DNA from: the human T2T-CHM13v2.0 reference genome, Homo sapiens
Strand: one strand, 5' to 3'
DNA length: 64,000 bases
Assembly: GCF_009914755.1 (NCBI RefSeq)
Contig: NC_060927.1
Positions 13,876-28,846 of the stretch are shown piece after piece (the stretch's first letter is position 1; every line of letters starts with the position of its first letter). Under the pieces are notes generated by a model, which saw nothing but the letters and a program-made list of their open reading frames with translations, ran no database searches and was not told the origin of the DNA. The translations under genes and the position numbers were made by a program.

Positions 13876-14083
13876 TCAAATTTCAGATACATTATATTAA
13901 ACAAAGAGTGATGGAAAATGTGGCAAGTCTTATGGCCAACCCTCTGACACCTGCTTCTGATGATTGTCATTGTTCTATACTACTCTTTACGTCTATTTGT
14001 AACAGGGTGCTAACATGTGAAAGTGACACTTTTTGTCTAAGTTTTCCCTTATTGTGCTCTTATTTGTGAGCCACAAAGCAATC

Positions 14084-14178
14084 GAAACTCAGAGAGATGA
14101 AGTTATTTAGCCAAGGTCACACAGTCAAGACTCAACTCACTTTTTTTTCTGACTCCCAAGCCCTATCTCTTACCACCA
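14084..14178 (-). mobile_element. MIR fragment
   Basis: gaaactcagagagatgaagttatttagccaaggtcacacag...ctgactcc. Confidence 0.75.
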
Positions 14179-16999
14179 CCTATCTCTGCACAGATTCCTT
14201 AAAAATCAACTGAGATGAGTGCAGAGCACTGATATAAACACTCATATCCAGTATTTTGAGCCTACATATGTTTAAGAAAATGAGATAGAATTAAAAATGA
14301 TTCCATTTTTTCCTTCCTGAGCAAAAGTTACTCTTGTAGATTTCAAGGAAACTAGCGCAGTGCCTCAATTCGGAAAGGCTGAGGTTGTCTCCCCCACCAA
14401 AAATGAGAACTCGATTGAAAAATTATTGTCCTTCGGGCAGGTACAATGAGTCTTACAGGCTATTTCCTGGTACCCTGTCACAGGTTCATTCCCAAGACTT
14501 AAGTCTGAAAAATTTCTTTTCCCAAGTTATTTCCCAGTTTTAAGAGCATCCTAGAACAGGACCAGGTCAGCTCCAAGCTGGTTGCATGCAATCAATTTAA
14601 TTCACATACAAATGAACGTTAGCTGCTTTGGATTTCTTTTAATGGTTTTTCTCAGAGGTGAATTTGCTTTTAGGCACCCTTTTAGACTTAATCTTTTTTC
14701 TCCCTTTATCGTGCTCTTTCTCTTACTCTGCTTCATCAATCTAACTTTTGTACTCTCCTCTCCCCCCACCCTTTTGGTTTTGTTTCTTTCTTGACTATAA
14801 CCTGATATGCTATCTCTATTGGAAATATGCAAGACTGCAGTATCTACAGTCTTTATATATTTCCCCATATATCTTGATCTCTATTCTTTATCACAGTAGA
14901 TACTGTAACAAACACCAGGTTAGTGTAAAATCCAAATCCCTGTGTGTATCTTTATCACTAACAAGCAGAGGGAAAATAATTGAATGTGGATGAAACTGGA
15001 TTCGTAGACTTTGGTAAATAGCCAAAATATATTTTCTTCTCAGTTTATAAGTAGGCTGATTCGAAGTCCCAGCCAAGGTTTCTACATGCACCTGACATGT
15101 TGCACTCTTTCTCAGTCCTCCAAGCACACTGCAATGGTGGATAAATCCAATACATTTGGAGAGATGACTCCATGCTGCAGCGGATGGTGCAAACTTCCAT
15201 GGCTGAGCTGCTTTATTTCATTATGTTCTCCTACCTATTCTAGAAGCCCTTTGGATGGGCTCCAGATGTTCTATAAAAGGTGGCCCTTTTTTAAAGAAAA
15301 GCGCTTCATTCTCTTGTTGGCAGCACTTAATGAGTGTGTTCTCTGAAGATAGGAAAGCACCCTGCAGAGGATACATTTAACACAACACTATAATTTCCGC
15401 AATGCTCACTAAGTGTCTGACTTTACAACTGCCCCTTTGGCTTCTCAAGTGCCAGAGGCAGTAACGGGGTCAGTTAGAGAGCTTCCTGCAATACTTGGGA
15501 ATCCACTCTCTGAGACCCGTGGAGTTAAATATCAGGAGAAAATTCACCCTTGGTTTTTTTTTTAATTCATTTAACCATTGCGCTCGGCAAAATGCTATTT
15601 CCAATTTTGCGCTCTATTAAAACATTGCAGTTGATAATATCACTGTAATTTTTGCAGTTTCCCCCCCCACACCTCACCCATCCAACAAAGAAAGGAGATG
15701 GCTGAAAATGTATGTTAAGTGAAAACATAATATTATACCCTCTTTTCCTTTTGCAAAGTGTGGTGAAACAGATTCATTAGTTTTGACTAAATACAAGGTT
15801 TTCATGAGGATTTTGGATAGGTGACATGACAATGTTGATACGTGTACTCAAGACAATGGAGGTTAAAACTGTTTGGAAAATATATTTCTCTAATATATCT
15901 TGGGTGTTGGAAAGTTACAGAATAAATATATGGTAGATCTTTCTCCATATAAGAAAGGAATTTTCAAAGCAAGTACATCCTTTCATGAAACACCTTTTGT
16001 GCCATGATGAACTAGTCCACAAAAGAAATTTTATTTTTTGGTTTAATAAGAGAAATGTATAATACTGATATGTCAATATGTTTTTCAATAAACTTTTCCC
16101 CAGATTTTCTTGAATTCTCTTCAGTGTGAGAATTATAATTATATGTCTTCCTCCCACTTGGAAAGTGGCACAAGGTGCTCATTTGCAGAGTTCTGCCGTT
16201 CAAGTCGCTAGAATAGAAATGTCATGACTCAGTTAACAATGCTTTATTATTCACATTGATCTTTTTTTATAGTGTTCTTTATCTCAAAAACATTGTAAAT
16301 CAGATATCTACCTCCCACTCTTTTGTTCATTTGCAAATTTCTATTATTCTAGTTTAAGAAAGCAACGGTGTGTCAAGAGTCAGTGTATACTGTTTATATT
16401 CTCCCTGCTTCAAAATCCTTTTCTCTGTAAAAGTGAAGATGCTAGAAGCATGCCTAATTCCAAGTTCTCTAAACACATTCACAAGAAACACTGTTTCCCT
16501 TCTAGATCAAAAGCAGTTTAGTGTTTCTTGAACACCCCCAAAATGAAACAATAAAGTAGAACGATAGTTTGGTGATAAGAACAAAAACACTTAAGATTTA
16601 TGTCTTTTAAAAAAATGTCATTTGTCAGTTAAAGATACATGGTGGTGCCATTGTTGAAATAATGTTATAATGAGCTTTGTTTAGACAAACGTTGCTAGTG
16701 GAAAGAGTTCTGGCCTCTGAGGGCTTAAGAATTATGTTATCAAATCTTTGTTCCCTCGCCATCTACCAAGTGGTCTTTTGATGATGCTTACGTCATTAAC
16801 AATGTAGACAGGATGAGACATATTGCCTTAATTTTTCAATTCCTCTCTATATTGAAGAATATGGTAGGCATTTTCCAGGATGGATTAATCAACATTCACT
16901 TAAAAAAAATAAAAGACAACAGTGGATCACATCCCTCAGAAAACACATACAACATCCCCACCTAATAGATAAATTTGAAGGAGGACAGTAATCAGCATT

Positions 17000-18440
<1,441 letters not shown>

Positions 18441-18441
18441 G

Positions 18442-18491
18442 TATTAGGTTTTTGCCATTGAAACCGCAATTACTTTTGCACCAACCTAATA
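18442..18491. mobile_element. MADE1, internally deleted
   Basis: tattaggtt-tttgccatt-g-aaaccgcaattacttttgcaccaacctaata. Confidence 0.9.
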
Positions 18492-18499
18492 ATACTACT

Positions 18500-18760
18500 T
18501 AACAATTTCTACAGGCTTTTGAGATGCCAGATAGTGTTCTGAGGCTTTCAATGAATAAGCTCTGATAATTCTCCCAATAACTCCGTGGGATAAGCACTAC
18601 TACCCTCCATGTTTTACAAATGAGGAGGCTGAGGCACAGAAAGGTAATACAAACTGTGAATTATAAATGCAGATAGTAGTAAGCGGCAGAGCTGGGATTT
18701 GAATACAGGAAGTCTGGTTCCAGAAAAGAGCATGAGCTTTTAACTACCATGGTGCACTGC
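18500..18760 (-). mobile_element. MIR SINE
   Basis: ttttacaaatgaggaggctgaggcacagaaagg...agtaagcggcagagctgggatttgaa...agtctggttccaga. Confidence 0.85.
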
Positions 18761-19669
18761 TTCTGCTAAAGCAAACTTAATAGGTGAATAGTATAACATT
18801 CATAGTAAGTATAATATAATAAATAATATTGATAATATAGTAGTATAATAGTAATATAATAAGCAATATAAATAATATCCAACAGAGAATCTTAATGATA
18901 TCAGATTGAATAGGTCACTACTACTGTTAAAATAACATGTACTAAATAGTTCAACATTTAAAAGTGAAGAAGGTGGTAAGAGTTGTCTTTACTGTCCTTA
19001 ATTTTTAGAGGTTTTAGTATCAAGAAAGGCATTTTACAGCTAATATCCACTATGCTATCTACTAAAACATTGCAAGCATGCCAAGATGCTGAAGAAAACA
19101 TAACACTATATTATATATTTTATGTTTCACTAGAATGGAAAATATTAACCAAAAAATCTTTTCTTTAATCAAAGTTTCATTTGACAAGTAATTCATCTTC
19201 AGGATAGCTTTTCTTTCCTCTCAGAAGGAATTGTTGTCTTATGACTGACGTTAGGCTGCCAAAAAAAAAATAATGCTTCACTGATAGAGATTCAGAAATA
19301 GACTCTGTATTTTAATATAGTACAGTTTTGGGAGAAGGACCCCTGTTATAGTTTTTCTAAGTTCTTTGTTTGTTTGTTTGTTTTCTAATGTCTAGATTAA
19401 GTAAATGAAAGGAAAATATTTCAGAGTCGACTTACTGGAACCTGATGAAACATTTAAGTTTTCTTACTTTTTTTTTTTTTTTAGTGTGGGGCTAAATGTT
19501 AAAAATTGAAAACAAAATAACAGTTTTACATTTGATGAAGGAAATGTATATTCTTCTCATTAATTTTTTCATGAATCTTTTTTTTTTTTTACTAACAACA
19601 GTCAAGTTTCATTTGCATTCTCCTTTTCTCTACCTATTAAGATGGATAGCTGGGTTATACCTCAAAATT

Positions 19670-19950
19670 CCTTAATTCCTTTAGCTAATGCTACCAAGTG
19701 TCTATTATGTGGCAGACTATGTAGTACGTGAGGAGAAACTCAGCTAAAAGGTGTGAGTTAGCTTTCAAATAGCTTCTAGTCCAAGAGCAGAGTCCAGTGA
19801 AGAAACACGGAGAATACCATGTAATAAATGCTACAACAGAGGCTAATGGGATACCAATGCAGGGCACCCCACTTAGCCTCCACAGCTAAAGAGGTCTTCC
19901 CAGAGAAGATGAACCAATAACTGAATTTTGAGGAAGAATAGAAAGGATGT
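19670..19950 (-). mobile_element. L2 fragment
   Basis: ccaagtgtctattatgtggcagac...gtaataaatgctaca...agaggtcttcccagagaagatg...ctgaattttga. Confidence 0.6.
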
Positions 19951-20265
19951 ACCCTCTCTTTTATCAAAAGCATAACACTTTTTGTAAACTTTACCACAAT
20001 TTTTAGTTATCAGCATCTTACACATACAAGAAAAGAAAAGGTGTCAGAGGAGGAATGGTCAGGAAGCAAGAGAAAATTCCAGAGATAGCCAAGGAGGGTG
20101 AGTGTGTGAAAGAATTTAGTGGGCAACCATGTCAGTGCCTATATTAGGAATATTCTGTATTCAGAATGATCCTTATTTGCATATGCTGGTATATCCGATC
20201 CTTCAAATATGGCTAAAGAAGATCATTTTAATTACCCTCTCTTTAGCTCATAAAGATTTATGTTG

Positions 20266-20711
20266 GTGACAGAGACTAGCTAGATGCTACATAGCAGAAC
20301 TTGCTTCCTTTTTCTGGGCACACGGTTAAACTATATTTTTCTGGTTTTCTTGCATCTCAGCAGGACATAAAAATAGTTCTGGCTGAAGGGACATGGGCAG
20401 AAATGATGTAGCTCCCTTGCATGTTAGGCCTCTAAAATATATCACATGATTCTTCACGTTTTATTCTCTACTTATTGGCCAGCTGAAAACAGAAAATATG
20501 GTAGACAACTCTGATGAGCCCCTAAAAATGACAGAGCCACAAAATAGAAAAAGCCTGGATCCCTGAGTCACCACATGGTGGAAAGCAACCTAGGGATATC
20601 TATCTGCATTGAGATTTTGGTGGCCAAGAATTCACTTTTATTAAATTTGGATACTAAAATTTGGAGGTCAATATTTGTAACAGCTACTGTCAATCAGCCT
20701 AGCTAATAACA
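20266..20711 (+). mobile_element. MLT1 (J-like) MaLR solo LTR
   Basis: gtgacagagact...agttctggc...gggcagaaatgatg...cagagccacaa...agcctggatccctgagtcaccacatgg...tttgtaacagc...ctaataaca. Confidence 0.8.
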
Positions 20712-20859
20712 TGTTAATTTGGGATACAACTTATATGTGAATTAATCAAGAATATTTTGGGGTATATATTATGGAATTATAATGATACAAATATTTAATA
20801 TTTATTGAATTCTAAGATTTGTACAAAGTATAATATATTATTATCTAATTTTATCATAT

Positions 20860-21030
20860 TAAAAGTGCTATGTCTTAGATGCTGTTGCTGCCATCCCCAT
20901 TAAAATGGTTAAGAAATTGAGCTCAGGGAGTTGGAAATATTTACTTAAGTTTATAGAATTAAAAATGGTCAGGCCGAAATTGAAATCCATGCTATCAGAC
21001 ACAAGAGCCATCCATTTAACAGCACATTGT
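20860..21030 (-). mobile_element. MIR SINE
   Basis: atccccatt...aagaaattgagctcagggag...ttgaaatccatgctatcagac. Confidence 0.65.
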
Positions 21031-21959
21031 CTCTTACTGGTAGATACCATAATTTACATTGGACAGTGAATGCCCTTTTAAGAAAGTAAACATAGTTTAA
21101 CACCACCCAATGCAGTTCCCTTCATTCTGTAGACAAACATAGGAGATTCATTTCACTGCAACGAAATTTCACTGCATAGCAATAGAAATTTTTTTCACCA
21201 GGATATCCTTTCATAAAAATCTGTGTATATTTGAGGGCTGGTGTCAAACGCTTATTTTTTGACCACTAGAACTTTTACTTGGATCTCAAAACCTCTATGA
21301 AATTATTGTTACATTAGACAAATTCGAGATGAATCATATATATATATACAGTTTTGCAATCCTAGCCTAATAGATGTTTGAATAATGGAACTCTCTCTTG
21401 AAATTACTGGCAGAAGTTGTCTACTTATTGTTTATTATTTAAAAACTGGTTTAATTTAACAACAACAAAAAAAGTTGAGCTGCAATGACAGCAAACGGTA
21501 ATTTGATAATCAATTCTAGGTTTCTTTGGTGGATTCCTCTGTAAGTGGTGGTTTGTCTGTGGAAGAATTCATCCCATGCCTTCACCCTCCTTGAGTTTTA
21601 AAGGCAATGCTTCATGGTGAGACCAAGGTCCAAATACGTCTTCAAATCTCAGGATGTTCATGCCCATGCCACACCTGCTGTGTTACTATCTTCCTCCCAA
21701 GTCAGAAAAGAGAATCTTAACAAACCCAGCTCTGTTGAAAAGGCAAACTTCCACTTTTCAATTTGGATGAAAAGACCACAACCTGATCCCATTTCGCAGT
21801 GATTCCCTGCTCCAGGATGCTGCACTGACCCTCCAGGGCCTAGCAGCCCTGGAACATCGTGTCTTACCATCGCTCTGCATTTGCAACAAATGCTTTTCTA
21901 CCATTCCTGACATAACAGCTCTATTGTTATCAATTGTAAATGTATTAAAAACACACAAG

Positions 21960-22660
21960 GGCATTTTCGTACATGTACGTGAAAAATATTATTGCCTGAC
22001 AGGCTCCAGTCAGCAAGTGCAAAGAGGTTTTATTGAAGGAAACAGCAGTGGCAAACAGCTAGCCATGCTCAAGGAAGGGAATAGTTCCTTTAACACTGGC
22101 GGCACACGTTCGCTTAAGACGACGCTCCTGCCCCTGCCTTTTCCACACCCAGAGGACCTGCTAGACAAGCAGCCCGCCATCTCTCTCTGGGATCAAGCTG
22201 TCAACGCAAACTTGCGTTTTTTCTCTTTTTCTGAGCTAAGCTCTACCCCCAGAGCTCCCGACGCCTTCCTGAGTGAAAGCTCTAAAAGAGCTCCCTTCTA
22301 AATTGCATCACACGTGCCGCGTACTCTTCAAACTGACAGAACAAAAGAGCCAAATTCCAAAATTCTGGTCTGAATGACTTGTTAGTTGTGCTGGATGATT
22401 ACCCCTTAATGGGCTTGGAGAACAGGCTGGGGTGTCCTTCCCTGGTTAGTTACCAATTAAGGCTGATTTGCTTAATCAGGGAAACACGCTAAGGAGAGAG
22501 AGAGAAGGGAAGAAAGCCACACACGCAGAGAGACAGAGATACACGGAGAGAAGAAATGGGACAAGGAGAGAAGAAATGGGACAAAAGCCAGTCCCACGAC
22601 TGCCCCCTTGCCCCTACTAATTAGGTGGCAATGAAATTACTTGGACCAGGAGTCACAAAA
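21960..22660. promoter_or_regulatory. Candidate enhancer/promoter, locally CpG-enriched
   Basis: About 13 CpG in 22100-22321 in a CpG-poor window; ATTGCATCA 22302-22310 abuts CACGTG 22311-22316; TACGTG 21976; TAAT/ATTA motifs; repeat-free. Confidence 0.55.
22545..22584 (+). repeat. Perfect 20-bp tandem duplication
   Basis: ggagagaagaaatgggacaa x2. Confidence 0.95.
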
Positions 22661-23238
22661 ATAAATTCTCATCTGGAAGCTACTAAACAGGCCTGCTGTG
22701 ATGTGTGCATGTGTGTGTGTGCATGTGTGTCTGTTTTTCCCTTCCAGAGCTGATGCTACACCAAATAACAGTCGTGTATTCTTGACAGTTGTTCAGTGTT
22801 GGGAGCCCCCAAAGCGTTATTGCCTGCTCCTTCCACCCTTCTTCCCCTTAGCCATTAATAAGCATATTCAACTGCTGAGGGTCACTTTGTTATTCTGACA
22901 TAATGAACTGGGAGATGTGCTTTCCAAGTGCTGAGGCTGACACGGTGACACTGGCAGCGAGATGTTTTCACCTCGAGGTGCCCCAACCGTACACTCGACA
23001 CACTTGGAAGAATAAATATTGATCTGCTCTGTGAGGGTGTGCACCATGTGAAATGTTAATGCTTTTCAACAGCTTTGGACACACCAAGTAGCTATTATTA
23101 CTACTGTTATTATAAGGTAGAGAATCCCAGCAAGTGTCTCATCTTCAACCTTTATCCTCATGATCAGTGCACATGTGTCGAATGCCCACAATATTCACAC
23201 CTCCACTCATGTGGCTGGACACAATGATGATGTTCCTA

Positions 23239-23499
23239 TTTTTTTTTTTTTCTTGCGATGGAGTCTCGCTCTGTCGCCAGGCTGGAGTGCAGTGGCAATC
23301 TTGGCTCACTGCAACCTCCGACTCCCGGGTTCAAGTGATTCTCCTGCCTCAGTCTCCTGAGCAGCTGGGATTACAGGTGCCCGCCACCACGCCTGGCTAT
23401 TTTTTGTATTTTTGATAGAGACGGGGTTTCACTGTGTGGGCCAGGATGGTCTCAATCTCCTGAGCTCGTGATCCGCCCGCCTCAGCCTCCCAAAGTGCT
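23239..23499 (-). mobile_element. AluSc-like, 5'-truncated
   Basis: ctgtcgccaggctgg and ccaggatggtctc...ctcgtgatccgccc diagnostics; ends at caaagtgct. Confidence 0.93.
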
Positions 23500-23741
23500 T
23501 AGGATGAAGACATCATTCCTGAAACCCCTCAACAAGAGAGGTAATTAGTCACAATAATAATGTAAATACGTATTGTTTTTACCAATAATAAATATTTATT
23601 CCATCACAGGGACTGACTTCTTACTGGGTTGGAGATTTTCTGTTTGTCTTCCCAGGGTGATTCTCTCCTTTGTACAGAAAGAAGGAAAAAAATCTTGCCA
23701 TTTCTAAAATCATAAGTGCCTATGAAAGTTTGAAGCCCTAT

Positions 23742-24024
<283 letters not shown>

Positions 24025-24304
24025 CTAAAAGCGAGCTCTCCCAAAACCCTAGTGTAGGAAAGAGTCATAATTAAACTGCTCTGCAAAAGATAAAAGCTGA
24101 AATCTGTGGAGTGGGTGGCCCTGGTGATGTTTGAGGGAGATAGGAGTGCAGCAAGATGACAGGAGCAAGATTTCAGCGTGGAATAATGACCTGTGACAGT
24201 AAGCAAGTGACACAGTTCACAATACAGGTATCTAATATCTCATTTTAAATCACTTGCCAGCTGGCATTTTGATGATAAAGCTTCCCTTTTCGTTGTTTGC
24301 TGTT

Positions 24305-24865
24305 TAAAACCTTTTTATAGATTTAAGATATATTACATACAATAATTGACAAGGCTTTAAAGCATAACATTTGATGACTTTTGACATATGTGTGCACCAA
24401 GAAGCCATCCCCACAATCAAAACAACAAACATTTCCATCATACCCTCTGCCAGAGTTTCCCTATGTCCTTTTGTAATCCATGCATCCCTCTACTTCCTTC
24501 AGTAGGCAACCTGCGACCCATTCTTCTTACTACAGATTGACTCAACTTCTAAAATTTCATGTAAACTGAATCACTCAGTTTGTACCTTTTTTTGGTCAAG
24601 ATTTCACACAGCATAATTATTTTGAAAGTTATTCAGATTGTTGCATATCTAAACAATTTTTTTTAGCTGAGTAATATTTAGTTGCATGAATATACCTTAA
24701 TTCAGTTTATCTATCCACCCAATTGAAGGATATTTGTATTGTTTTCAGTTGTTGGCTGTTGCAAATAAAGCTGCTATGAAAATTCCCGTGCAAGTTTTTG
24801 TGTGGATATTTCTCTTGGCTAAAACTCTAGGAGTAAAATGCTGAGTCATGTGATAGGTGTGTGCC
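24305..24865 (-). mobile_element. L1M (MB/ME-type) 3' fragment
   Basis: ccacaatcaa...aacatttccatca...tttgtattgttttcagttgttggctgttgcaaataaagctgctatgaa...ctaggagtaaaatgctgagtca. Confidence 0.85.
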
Positions 24866-25200
24866 TTGCCCATTGTTTTCTCATTTTTGACAAACTTTAA
24901 TAAAATTCTGATACACACATTAAGAATAAAAAGACTGGAGTCATATCTAATGAGACCCAGAAATATCTGAGTGGGATGTGGACAACTACTTACAATGAAT
25001 GACTTAGGATTGGGTATGAGACAATTCCACTTTTCAAGTATTCTAGACACTTAGAGGGCTGGGTTGACACCTAAAAAATACATTTGTTTATTTTTTAAGC
25101 TATTTAGTCAACTCATGTTTATTGAACATCTACTATATGCTAGGCACTCTGATGAGGTTTGGGATAAAAAGCAAACAGTACTGATAAAATTCCAGTGCTA

Positions 25201-25489
25201 GGCTAGGCACAGTGGCTCATGCCTGTAATCCTAGCACTTTGGGAAGCTGAGGTAGGTGGATTTCTTGAGCCCAGGAGTTTGAGACCAGCCTGGGCAACAT
25301 AACAAAACCCCATCTCTACAAAAAATAGAATAATCAGCCAGGCATGGTGGCATGCACCTGTAGTCCCAGAGGCTGAGGTGGGAGGATCACTTGAGCTTGG
25401 GAAGTCGAGGCTGCAGTGAGCCATGACTATGCCACTGTACTCCAGCCTGGGTGACCAAGTGAGACCCTGGCTCAAAAAAAAAAAAAAAA
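25201..25489 (+). mobile_element. AluJ inside an L2 fragment
   Basis: ggctaggcacagtggctca...gaggctgcagtgagccatga...poly(A). Confidence 0.95.
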
Positions 25490-25759
25490 GTTTCTGGTGC
25501 TTAATAGAGCTATGGTCACAAGTAATGGACACACATACATCTACTTTGCAGCAATTTGAAATCTTTGTGATCTACTCACAGACCAACTTTTCTATTTCGT
25601 CCCTCACTTCTTCCTTGCTTCGTTTTAAGCAAATTAATTTTTTAATTGGTGCTGCTTAAGATGTCATCACATGGAATGCCTCCTCTTCTTCTCACTTATT
25701 CAAATCTTGCCTGTCACTTTTTAAACGCTGCCTTGGACATCTTCAGCCTGAAGAAACCT

Positions 25760-25861
25760 CACGGTTTCCTGATTTATTTGGTCTGGAGTGCAGTCTGGGC
25801 ATCACGATTTTTAGCAACTGTGAAGATGATTCTAATGTGTAGCCAGGCTTGAGAACCTCTG
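25760..25861 (+). mobile_element. MER5-type hAT fragment
   Basis: ggtctggagtg...ctgggcatc...atgattctaatgtgtagccaggcttgagaacctctg. Confidence 0.75.
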
Positions 25862-26519
25862 CCCCAAAGAGATTTTATCAGTACGGTTTCCTATGATTGC
25901 ACTTTGCTGCAGAATGTCCTTGTTCCTTTATGTTTTTTTCCAACCTCTATTGGAGAAGAAGGGGCCCTCTGTCTTTTAAAGGTGAACCTTTGCATGAGGG
26001 GTTTACATCCCTATCTCTTTTACCATCCACAAAAGATGTGTCTTCATCAACCGTCGTTCTCTTTCCTTGCATCTTCAGTCTTACTCTACTGACTGCTTCC
26101 TCCCTCTGGATGCATTCTTAGGTGTACTAGAGACTATAAATCCTTTGTGCACTATTTTTTCCATCTTCAAATTCCTCTGGGTAGTCCTTAATACATACTA
26201 TTTCATCACCCACTCACTCCTTAATCCCTCACAATTGGCTTCCGTCTCCTCGCAAATTAAACTGACCTTTCAAAGCTCATGTGATAATACATGCTAGGTG
26301 CTTAATAAATAATTGTTGAATGAATGTTAAACACATGAATACATGGCTCTAATCACCAAATCAATGATCTGTAATCAGTTTCCATCCTTGACACATGGTC
26401 AGTCAGGCTCACGGCTCTGTCCTTGTCTTCTTTAATGTAGAATCCTGGTTTTTCTCCTCTTTTAGAGGTTTCTCTATGACCCCTTTGCTGACCACTCTTG
26501 AATATGTTAGTCTGCACAA

Positions 26520-26750
26520 TGTGTAAGGGTTCTGGTGGCAGACAAAGTTGGCATTCAAATCAGGCCATTGATAATTTATTGCTGTATGACTTAGGACAAA
26601 TTATCCCTTGTCACTAAGCCTCATTTCTTTATCTATAGAAAAGAAATAATTATAGCATTGTTTCAAAGGTTGATGTGCTACTTAAATGCCACAGCAAAGA
26701 CAATACATGTTCATTAAATGTTCATATTAGTGGTTCAATGGACGTAAGCT
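26520..26750 (+). mobile_element. MIR SINE
   Basis: ttcaaatc...gctgtatgacttaggacaaatta...aagcctcatttctttatctatagaa. Confidence 0.75.
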
Positions 26751-27411
26751 TCCTATGGGCAGTCACCACGCCATTTTTCCCACCATCATGATTCTGTCTT
26801 CAAAACCTGCACAGGATTTGTCACAAGGTGCTTGAAAAAATACTAGCAGCGAATGAATGAGCAAATGCATCATTCTACTTCTCTTAATGAATAATCTTTC
26901 CCACGACCTTGGCTTTAGCTCTCTTCACTCTTTCCCTTGCTAACCTAACTTATTCTCTAATGACCTGTTGACCTTATTCATTCTTCAACTCTCTCCTTCG
27001 CATAGATGACTGCTAAATCCAAACTAAAATCGACTTGGCCCCTTGTGATCTACAGATCCAGATGTGTTGTCTTTTAGACACTTCCCAAAATAACTTTTCC
27101 AGAGACATCACTTTGAGACTTTAAACTCCCTGCACTTAAAAAAGAATGATTATCTCCCCTTAATCCATATTGTTCACTCATATATATTCACTTCTTGTAT
27201 ATTTTATGTATTTTATTATACATTTATATTTGGAATGGCCTCTAAAGAGTTCTACCTGCCTATTTGTTTATTAGCCTTAAGATATTCCCACTTGCAACAT
27301 GTTCTTCTTACTAATGTGTAAGCCTTCATGTATTAGCAACCTCCACATTGACAACCAAAAATAATGATAATATTAATTTTTTAAAGTCCATACTCCTTTT
27401 GGGGCCTGTAA

Positions 27412-27729
<318 letters not shown>

Positions 27730-28811
27730 AGAAAACCTTTATTTATGTAAAAAATATTTCTTTATTAAGCAAGTCACATGTAGGTAAGTTTCTATTGTGA
27801 AAAATCATAGCTTAAGCAACACAGATGTGTCAATGTCAAGGCAACATCTCCACTTCATTACTGCAGCTTGCCCCATTCTCACTGCTCTTTGACAAATTTA
27901 TTTGGTTCCGTATTATCAGTTTGGGATAAAGCTTTTCCAGATCTTTTGCATTCATTCTCGAGCATTTGCATATCTGGTTTTTACTTAATGTAAAGGGGGC
28001 CAAGCTGTATTTATTAATGGGAAGCTATATTTTTCCCTTTGTTAGTATATCCTGGAGGTGTGCTCATTTAGATCTTCCTCATCCTAAAGAATTACTGCAT
28101 CATATTCTCCAGTGCGGATACACCACAATATAGACAGACCTCTATTAATGAATGCTTAAACACTACCTTGCTATGTTTATTTCCCATCCCTCTCATATGT
28201 GTGATCTTTTAACCAAATAAAAAAGCCCATTTCAGACTTTTCTATCTTGACCTCTTTGTGCATGCCTTTCTTTTCCGATTCCTTTCAGTGAAACGTCTGC
28301 TTATCCTCCAAAACTCAGCTCAAATGTTAACTCCATGTTCTGTCCATCATGCTATGCTAAAATTGATGTCTTACACCTCTTACTCTTCTTCTTCAATCAT
28401 TCAAGGACAGGCTCTAATGTTTTTATACTCCCACAGAGCTAAACCTAGTGTCCTACATATAGTAAACTTGGAATCCATGTATTGCCTAAATAGGGAAAAG
28501 ATTGTTAACCTTTTGTTATCTAACATGTATACACACACAGATTATAAGCAACTCCAAGGTGAAACATACCTCAATGGGCTTTGAATAATGTGCATGTGTT
28601 ATGATTTGTATGCCGGTGCCATGGCAGCCATATTGTGGGCATGGACAAAGGCAGAGTATTTTTCCTTAAATATTGCACTGAAAGTGCCCCTTAATCACTA
28701 TAGGAAGCTACCACAAAGAAAGGAGGATGAACTTACCAGGATCTCCAAGAGGATTTAGAATTGAGGTGGATAATCCTAAAAGAGAAGGGAAAAGAAACTA
28801 ATTGAGTGGTA

Positions 28812-28813
<2 letters not shown>

Positions 28814-28844
<31 letters not shown>
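28814..28844 (-). repeat. Poly(T)31 homopolymer
   Basis: 31 consecutive T with no adjacent Alu/L1 body. Confidence 0.95.

Positions 28845-28846
<2 letters not shown>

Noticed and set aside
21924-22301. 125-aa ORF
   Set aside because: TTG start, locally higher GC, no recognisable homology.
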